This document shows, in pieces, positions 38,757 to 43,966 of a stretch of 43,966 nucleotides of DNA. The stretch is from positions 1 through 43,966 of the IMG/VR virus record IMGVR_UViG_3300011102_000097; one strand, given 5' to 3'. The translations under genes were made by a program, and so were the position numbers. Position 1 is the first letter of the stretch, and every line of letters begins with the position of its first letter. The DNA is from a virus. The notes beneath the pieces are model-generated. The model saw only the letters and a program-made list of their open reading frames with translations. It was not told the DNA's origin and searched no databases.

Positions 38757-39212
38757 TCAGGCCTGGAACGGGGCGTCGTAGCTCTTCCACTTCGCCACGT
38801 CGTGGGTCAGGAAGGCGTTGATCTTGCCGCCGGTGAAGGCCGCGGTGCCGGTGGTCTGCAGGATGCCGAGGTAGCGCTCGTAGGCGACACCTTCCGTCGG
38901 CAGCGGGATCGCGGCCAGGACCGCGCCAGCGGCCATCTCGGAGATGGTGAAGGCCTTGGTCTGCAGGTGCACGGAGGCGGTGCCAGTGGTGTCGATGCTG
39001 GCGCTTTCGTCGGAGGCCAGCGTGAACTGAGCCGTGGCAGCACCTCCCGAGGTGGGCTGCGTGTCGACCGTGATCACCAGGTACAGCGGTTCGCCGTTGC
39101 CGACGTCGCGGGCCGTGCCCAGGTCGATCTGATCGCCGATCAGGTAGGTGCCAGGAGCCCCGGTGTTCAGCGCGGTGGCGTCGCAGAACTCGTTGCGCTT
39201 GTCGAGAATCAT
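38757..39212 (-). CDS. Capsid cement/decoration protein (Bbp16-like, from memory of Bordetella phage BPP-1)
   Basis: 151 aa starting MILDKRNEFCDATALNTGAPGTYLIGDQIDLG. It lies directly after the major capsid gene and has SD AAAGGAAAG. Confidence 0.65.
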   Translation of the reverse strand: MILDKRNEFCDATALNTGAPGTYLIGDQIDLGTARDVGNGEPLYLVITVDTQPTSGGAATAQFTLASDESASIDTTGTASVHLQTKAFTISEMAAGAVLAAIPLPTEGVAYERYLGILQTTGTAAFTGGKINAFLTHDVAKWKSYDAPFQA

Positions 39213-39244
39213 GGTGCTTTCCTTTCAGGGTTCAGAGCTGCGAC

Positions 39245-40237
39245 TTAGACGACGCGGGCCTCGGTGTTGACCAAGGCGTCGGTGCGGCGCACCGGGATGT
39301 CGTCGAAGGTCATCACGCGCTCGCCGGCGACGGTTTCCCAGGTCAGGTTGCTCGAGATCTTCTCGAGGATGCCAAGACGCAGCTTCTCACGCAGGCGGCG
39401 GTTCATGTAGAACGCGGCGCGGCCCTTGCCCAGCTCGGGGATGCGCTCGGTGGCCTGGATCATCCAGTCGATGATGTTCTTGGTGTTGGCGACCGTGTTC
39501 AGCTCGGACAGGTCGATGTTGGCGATGCGCACGAAGTAGCGCCAGTCGCGGATGGTCAGACCGGCGTCCCAGCGGTAGTGCGTGCGGTAGGCCTCCATGC
39601 GGCCGCCGTTGCCGTCGACGTTCTCGACCGTCACCTGGCCCTTGTCGGTCATCTGCAGCCCGGCGGTGGAGCCCTTGGGGTAGATGCCGTGGCCGGTCTG
39701 GGGGCCCCACACGCACAGCCAGATCGAGGTGTTGTCGGAACCCGTGCCGCCAGCGTCGATGATGTTGTCGCCGTTCTGGGCGGACAGCGAGTTGTAGCGC
39801 GGGGCCAGGCCGGTGAAGGCTTCAGGCTCGGTGCCCTCGTTGCCGTAGAACAGCGTGGAGGCCATCTCCTGGCTCATGGCCTCGATGTGGGCAGCATCTT
39901 CGGACAGGCGGAAGGCGGCGGTGTTGCCGTTCAGGTCGGCCAGGGCCTTGTCGACCTCCGCGTAGGCCTCCAGCATGCCGCAAGAGTCGGTCACCTGGAC
40001 GGTGGTCGACTTGGTGGGTTGAACGCCGCCGTACAGCTTGCGCCAGGTCGGGGTGGGCAGGCCGGTGCGGATGGTGGTGCGGTGGCCGGTCGGCAGGTTG
40101 CCTTCGACGAAAGTCAGGTCGTCCAGCACCGGGTTGACCGCGTTGAGGATCTCGACGATCGCTGCGATCTTGCCATCGGGGTCGAGGCGCTTGGCGACAT
40201 CGAGCAGCGTCGGGTTGTTTGCGGCGAGAGCAGCCAT
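39245..40237 (-). CDS. Major capsid protein (BPP-1 Bbp17-like HK97 fold)
   Basis: 330 aa, lying after the scaffold gene. The codon usage looks like that of a highly expressed gene. This is a family recollection, not a search result. Confidence 0.85.
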   Translation of the reverse strand: MAALAANNPTLLDVAKRLDPDGKIAAIVEILNAVNPVLDDLTFVEGNLPTGHRTTIRTGLPTPTWRKLYGGVQPTKSTTVQVTDSCGMLEAYAEVDKALADLNGNTAAFRLSEDAAHIEAMSQEMASTLFYGNEGTEPEAFTGLAPRYNSLSAQNGDNIIDAGGTGSDNTSIWLCVWGPQTGHGIYPKGSTAGLQMTDKGQVTVENVDGNGGRMEAYRTHYRWDAGLTIRDWRYFVRIANIDLSELNTVANTKNIIDWMIQATERIPELGKGRAAFYMNRRLREKLRLGILEKISSNLTWETVAGERVMTFDDIPVRRTDALVNTEARVV

Positions 40238-40247
40238 GGTTTGCCTT

Positions 40248-40856
40248 TCAGTTCATGTTGGGGAACAGCGTCTTGGCCGGGTCGTTTGCGGTGCCGCTTT
40301 TCGGCGCGCCGCCCACGAATCGGTCTTCACTGATCGCTTTGCCGACCTTGTAAAACGCACGAATGACTTCCGGGTGGTTTCCGAGACCGGTGGCGTTCAG
40401 AACGTCACGCAGCCCAGGAGTCCCGAATGCTTCGAGCGCTTTGCGTGCGACGCCGAGGTTTTCCGCGAGCTTGTCGCCACCGATCTCACTGTCGGTTTTG
40501 ACCTGCTCGGCCCACGACTCGACGAGCTTGGCGTGCGCCTCGACTTGACGCTGCGCCATCTTGGCGCCGACGTCGGCGAGTTTCTGCGCCGCGGCTTGGT
40601 CGAGCTTGAGCTCCTTGGCAATCGCGGTGAACTCGGCGGCAGCCGCCTGGTCGAGTTCCACCCCCTCGGGCATCTTCAGGTCGTAGGCCTCGGGCACCGC
40701 CGGTTCGGCGGCTTTCGGGGCCTGCGCGCCTGCAGCAGCAGCGTTGGCCGAAGCCGGTGCCGCTGTGCCCGCTGCGGGTGCAGCATTGCTCACAGCGTTG
40801 GTCGGCTCCCCAGCGTCGTTGGAAGGTGTGCCGGTGGCCGCAATCGTGTCAGTCAT
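40248..40856 (-). CDS. Scaffolding protein
   Basis: 202 aa. An Ala/Pro-rich N-terminus is followed by PEAYDLKMPEGVELDQAAAAEFTAIAKELKLDQAAAQKL. It sits between the portal region and the capsid gene. Confidence 0.7.
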   Translation of the reverse strand: MTDTIAATGTPSNDAGEPTNAVSNAAPAAGTAAPASANAAAAGAQAPKAAEPAVPEAYDLKMPEGVELDQAAAAEFTAIAKELKLDQAAAQKLADVGAKMAQRQVEAHAKLVESWAEQVKTDSEIGGDKLAENLGVARKALEAFGTPGLRDVLNATGLGNHPEVIRAFYKVGKAISEDRFVGGAPKSGTANDPAKTLFPNMN

Positions 40857-41172
40857 CTCTGGTCCTTCCGTGCTCCTTGAGCACTTTCATGAACCCGTCG
40901 GGCGACGCCTCGATGAGCTCCGCGGTCAAGAACAGGCCCATGTGCCGCTTGCCTTCGTTGAACGCCATAACGCTGCCGCTGTGGCTGAAGGAACTGCGGT
41001 ACACGCCCGCCTCGTCCAGGAGCCGCGTTACGATGCGGCGCCCTTGCGGGTGACCCAGCAACCAACGAAGATCCTCCAGCTCTTTGCGTCGGCGCTCGCG
41101 CGCCCCCGCCTCTTCGGCTTCGGCGTCGCGTTCCAGGCGCTTCAGGTCTGTCGGATCGTCGTAGGCTGCCAC
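40849..41172 (-). CDS. Small head-module protein, 107 aa (Bbp19-like, from memory)
   Basis: GTG start with no SD, 7 nt after the TACATT hexamer of PL-c. It contains ...MAFNEGKRHMGLFLTAELIEASPDGF. Confidence 0.55.
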   Translation of the reverse strand: MAAYDDPTDLKRLERDAEAEEAGARERRRKELEDLRWLLGHPQGRRIVTRLLDEAGVYRSSFSHSGSVMAFNEGKRHMGLFLTAELIEASPDGFMKVLKEHGRTRDD

Positions 41173-41179
41173 GGTTGCG

Positions 41180-41211
41180 AATGTAGCGCGCGCCTTCTAG
41201 CTCACGGATAC
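41180..41211 (-). promoter_or_regulatory. Candidate late promoter PL-c: GTATCCGTGAGC-N14-TACATT
   Basis: It starts 8 nt after the portal stop. It has one mismatch to the 9-mer core and the same 14-nt spacing. Confidence 0.5.
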
Positions 41212-41219
41212 GACCGGGC

Positions 41220-42914
41220 TTATTCGCCGATCATCCGCGGGCTCGGCGAGTCGTAGCCCATGAGCCCACCCAGCAGGTCCTGCAAGTTGTCGGTGTCGAT
41301 CTCGCTCGCGGTCTTCGCAGACTCCACCACCTGCGGGGCGGCGGCCGCGGCCTGCTGCGCCTGCATGGCAGCGGCGCGCTGCTGGCGCAGGGCGGCGACC
41401 TGGTCGTCGGGCACGATGATCTTCGGGTCCACGCCGTAGGCCTCGCCGTAGTTGTCGACCACCTGGTCGAAGTCGATTTTGTCGAGCACGTCGGGCCTGA
41501 CCGCGGCCATCTGGCTCACAACGCCGAGCAGGCGGTCCGTGCCCTGAGTGGCCACCGCACGCTGAGCCTGCGCCAGCACGCTGATGAACTCGACGTTGAG
41601 CTCCATGCCCTCGAGCTCGGGCGGCGCCTCCGGCAGGATGCCGGCGCGGTTGGCGTAGTCGAACGTGATGTCGATCAGCGGGGATAGCAGCTCGTTGTGC
41701 AGACGCTCGAGCACGGGGCCGAGCATCAGCAGCTTCTCCTCGTGGCGCTCGGCCACCTCGGTGGCAGTGATGCCCGAGCGATTGTCGTTCGCGAGCATCA
41801 GGAACAGGTCGGCGTAGTAGGCCGAGCGGATGCGCTCGCGCACGTCATGGATGTCGAGCAACAGGTGCTCCAGGTTGAGCTGCACCTCGAACGCCGAGCG
41901 CACGCCTTGGCCTTGGCCCACGCTGTCGACGTAGAACACGCCGCCGGGCAGGCGGGCCTTGGCGGCCTCTTTGTACTTGGTCGGCACCTGCAGTGGGGGG
42001 TTGACCTGGTAGTCGATCGCCTGCCCCTTGCGCAGCTGCTGGTGTTGCAGCTGCTTGACATCACCCAGACACTCCATACCAGGGCTGGTGCCGTAGACGT
42101 CATTGCCGGTCACGACCCAGCGCGGGGCCAGGGCGGGGAAGCGCTCGAAGCCCGACTCGCTCAGGAACTTGTCGGCCTGGTCCTTGCCCGGCTCCAGGTA
42201 GATCGAGGCAAAGCGCATGTTGCGCGCGTCGCGCTTGCTCAGATCGCGGTTCTTGCGCGGCTCGATCATGTGGATGACGTCCACCCACGCGTCGTAGTTG
42301 CCGCGGTTGAACAGGTCGCGCACGGTCTGGCTGCAGTTGTCCTTGCCAAACTGCTCGACCATCTGCGCCACGGTCATCTGAAACTCGCGGCACAACGTGT
42401 CGACCTCGCCCTTGCTGTTGGTCGCGAGCGCGTACTCGCCCACCGTCAGCGGGTAGTGATGGATCACGTTGTCGAAGTCGGGCAACACGATCGCGCAGGC
42501 GGTGCCGAACAGGCCCAGCTCCTCGTAGATCGTGTGCAGGGTGCGGTAGGTGTTGGAACTCGCGAAAATCGCGCGCAGCAGGTCGGCGACGTCGTGCAGC
42601 CAGGTCTTGACCGGGCCCGACTCCATCAGGTCCTTGTCTTTGATCTCGAGGCGGAACCAGGGGCGCGCCGGGCTCGTCACGCCCGACATCAGGCCGGCGG
42701 CCAGCGTGCGGGCGCCGAACACGGCGGTGTTGTCCAGGATGTGGTTGGTGCGCTTGTCGCCGCGGTTGCGGTCGGTGACGACAAAGCGCCCGGCGCGCGG
42801 CTGCTGGTACTCACTGATCTCGCGCCAGTGAGTGATCCAGCTCGCGCGCTCTTTCCACAGCGCGCTCTTGCGCGCGAGGATGCGCTGCCGTTGGTTTACC
42901 GGCTTGCCGTCCAT
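41220..42914 (-). CDS. Portal (head-to-tail connector) protein
   Basis: About 564 aa. The N-terminus is MDGKPVNQRQRILARKSALWKERASWITHWREISEYQQPRAGRF and ...SPARPWFRL is typical of podovirus connector proteins. The start is ATG 42914 (TGATG overlap) or GTG 42917. Confidence 0.88.
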   Translation of the reverse strand: MDGKPVNQRQRILARKSALWKERASWITHWREISEYQQPRAGRFVVTDRNRGDKRTNHILDNTAVFGARTLAAGLMSGVTSPARPWFRLEIKDKDLMESGPVKTWLHDVADLLRAIFASSNTYRTLHTIYEELGLFGTACAIVLPDFDNVIHHYPLTVGEYALATNSKGEVDTLCREFQMTVAQMVEQFGKDNCSQTVRDLFNRGNYDAWVDVIHMIEPRKNRDLSKRDARNMRFASIYLEPGKDQADKFLSESGFERFPALAPRWVVTGNDVYGTSPGMECLGDVKQLQHQQLRKGQAIDYQVNPPLQVPTKYKEAAKARLPGGVFYVDSVGQGQGVRSAFEVQLNLEHLLLDIHDVRERIRSAYYADLFLMLANDNRSGITATEVAERHEEKLLMLGPVLERLHNELLSPLIDITFDYANRAGILPEAPPELEGMELNVEFISVLAQAQRAVATQGTDRLLGVVSQMAAVRPDVLDKIDFDQVVDNYGEAYGVDPKIIVPDDQVAALRQQRAAAMQAQQAAAAAPQVVESAKTASEIDTDNLQDLLGGLMGYDSPSPRMIGE

Positions 42915-43111
42915 CACTGCCCGAGCAGGGTCGTGCGTCCGGTGGTCAGCGCGCCCTGGGGCACGCCCGAGGGGCCGGTGAGCAGTGAGCCGCCCGCCAT
43001 GCCAGTGCGGTTACGGCGTGCGCTCGCCCGCAGGTTGGCGCTGTCGGGTTGCTTGACCTCTTGCGGAGGCGGCGGGGGCGGCGGAATGTCGGGGCTTTTG
43101 GCCAGGCACAT
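42914..43111 (-). CDS. 65-aa poly-proline protein
   Basis: ATG 43111 lies 8 nt after AGGAG. Translation is MCLAKSPDIPPPPPPPQEVKQPDSANLRASARRNRTGMAGGSLLTGPSGVPQGALTTGRTTLLGQ. The upstream part of track ORF 42914..43387 overlaps terL and is rejected. Confidence 0.6.
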   Translation of the reverse strand: MCLAKSPDIPPPPPPPQEVKQPDSANLRASARRNRTGMAGGSLLTGPSGVPQGALTTGRTTLLGQ

Positions 43112-43139
43112 TGGTCGGACTCCTATCGATAGCACCCGC

Positions 43140-43171
43140 ATTGTGCGGGCCGCCCAAGGCGACACGGACAC
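43140..43171 (-). promoter_or_regulatory. Candidate late promoter PL-b: GTGTCCGTGTCG-N14-CACAAT
   Basis: It lies in the 68-nt gap between the terL stop (43180) and ATG 43111. The hexamer sits in a small hairpin, CCCGCA-CAA-TGCGGG. Confidence 0.5.
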
Positions 43172-43179
43172 GCCGGAGA

Positions 43180-43966
43180 TCAGAGCCGGCTGTACGGGTC
43201 CCACTCCAGCGCGTTGTCCGGTGCAGCCTCCCGCTCGATGTAGCGCAGCTGGTGCACCTTTGGTGTGTCCATGAGCGCCAGAATCAGCGCACTCGCGCGG
43301 TCGGGCGAGCGCCCCACGCGCTTGATGATCTCCTCGCGCGACTCGACCTTGATCGTCATGCCGGAGAGCTCCCACCGGGGCGCGCACAGCTCCTTGAGCA
43401 GGTCGGGGTCGGGCGGCAGCGCGATCCCGTTGTTGGCCTCGGGGTCCAGGGCCTCACGCATCTGCCACCAGAGCTGGCTGCGCAGGTTGAAGAACGTCAG
43501 GCGCCCGGACTTGTCGCGCGCGGTTGCCTTCTCGCTCACGTTGACGCCGTACACCGGCTGCCCCGCATCGCTCAGCACGTCGTAGGGGCTCGCACCCACG
43601 CCGACCACGTCCAGGTGGATCGGTGCATGGTCGCGGTGCTCGCCGATCACCAGCCCCGCCACCTTGCGCCCGTTCGGCGTCTCGCTGCCCGGGTAGAGCT
43701 TGAGCCGGTCGAACCAGAGCTCGGTGTCGTCGTTCTTGTAGCGGGTCGCGATGACCGTGTTGTCCTTGCCCCCTCGCGCCACGTCGACACCCATCGACAT
43801 GAGCTCGCCCTTGCGTGCGCGCTCGCGCCAGCGCTCCTGGGCGAGCTCAACCCAGCGCGTCGGGATCACCTGGAAGGGGTCGTCCTCTATACCGGCCTGG
43901 AAGTCGCCCAGCAGCATCTGGCTGCGCAGGGGCTCGGGCAGCGCCTGCAACTGCGCCATGTAGCCG
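43180..43966 (-). CDS. terL: Terminase large subunit, C-terminal nuclease part (continuation of 947..1)
   Basis: Track ORF 43180..43959 starts at an internal Met. The frame is open to the window end and is identical to bases 1-123. It contains ...MSMGVDVARGGKDNTVIA... and the C-terminal RNaseH-like segment. Confidence 0.9.
   Translation of the reverse strand, partial: GYMAQLQALPEPLRSQMLLGDFQAGIEDDPFQVIPTRWVELAQERWRERARKGELMSMGVDVARGGKDNTVIATRYKNDDTELWFDRLKLYPGSETPNGRKVAGLVIGEHRDHAPIHLDVVGVGASPYDVLSDAGQPVYGVNVSEKATARDKSGRLTFFNLRSQLWWQMREALDPEANNGIALPPDPDLLKELCAPRWELSGMTIKVESREEIIKRVGRSPDRASALILALMDTPKVHQLRYIEREAAPDNALEWDPYSRL
43844..43966. repeat. Terminal direct repeat, right copy (identical to 1..123)
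   Basis: Same comparison as the left copy. The window ends exactly where the identity ends. Confidence 0.95.

Noticed and set aside
1-43966. Prophage/lysogeny module, tRNAs, CRISPR arrays, transposases
   Set aside because: There is no integrase, recombinase or partition gene, no CI-type repressor with a peptidase domain, and no att-like flanks, because the ends are a circular overlap. No cloverleaf-compatible sequence with a T-loop motif occurs in any intergenic gap. There is no repeat-spacer array.

Overview
The window is a complete tailed-phage genome. Bases 1-123 are identical to 43844-43966, so the unique length is 43,843 bp, and the terminase large-subunit gene is split across the window ends. 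GC is high (about 65% by eye). I see no host flanks, integrase, tRNA, CRISPR array, RNA polymerase gene or methyltransferase.

Two arms diverge from a control region at 5684-5845.

Rightward arm (+, 5846-21914):
- About eight small early genes.
- A replication/recombination block: Cas4-like PD-(D/E)XK nuclease, DUF2815-type SSB, family-A DNA polymerase, VRR-NUC, HNH, SNF2 helicase and a TraR-like Zn finger.
- This block is interrupted by a lower-GC accessory block (about 14.3-20.0 kb) of coiled-coil paralogues, an Ala/Trp-repeat protein, a mini HExxH protein and a signal-peptide protein.

Leftward arm (-):
- A Cro-like regulator and two tiny proteins, followed by a very strong intrinsic terminator.
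- A ClpX-type zinc-ribbon protein, a P4/D5-type primase-helicase and an HTH protein.
- TerS, a 28-aa TM peptide and TerL, which wraps across the window ends.
- Portal, scaffold, a capsid and cement protein pair that I recall as BPP-1-like, and tail tubular A/B.
- Internal virion proteins, including a 2267-aa polyvalent protein.
- Tailspike, then holin, endolysin and embedded Rz/Rz1.

Main results of the hunt:
1. A five-copy bipartite motif (GTGTCCGTG-N17-TAnAnT) precedes every late gene block. These are candidate activator-dependent late promoters.
2. Four early promoters each have an extended -10 overlapped by the palindrome TAGCA-N2-TGCTA.
3. The giant virion protein carries GNAT, ART-like and HExxH modules.
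4. An in-frame TAG splits a conserved-looking early ORF.
5. A translationally coupled Ala/Trp-repeat plus mini-metallopeptidase gene pair, and a paralogous Cys-motif module, sit in the accessory block.
6. The tailspike enzymatic domain is low-GC and looks horizontally acquired.

All family names come from motif recognition by eye. No database search was run.
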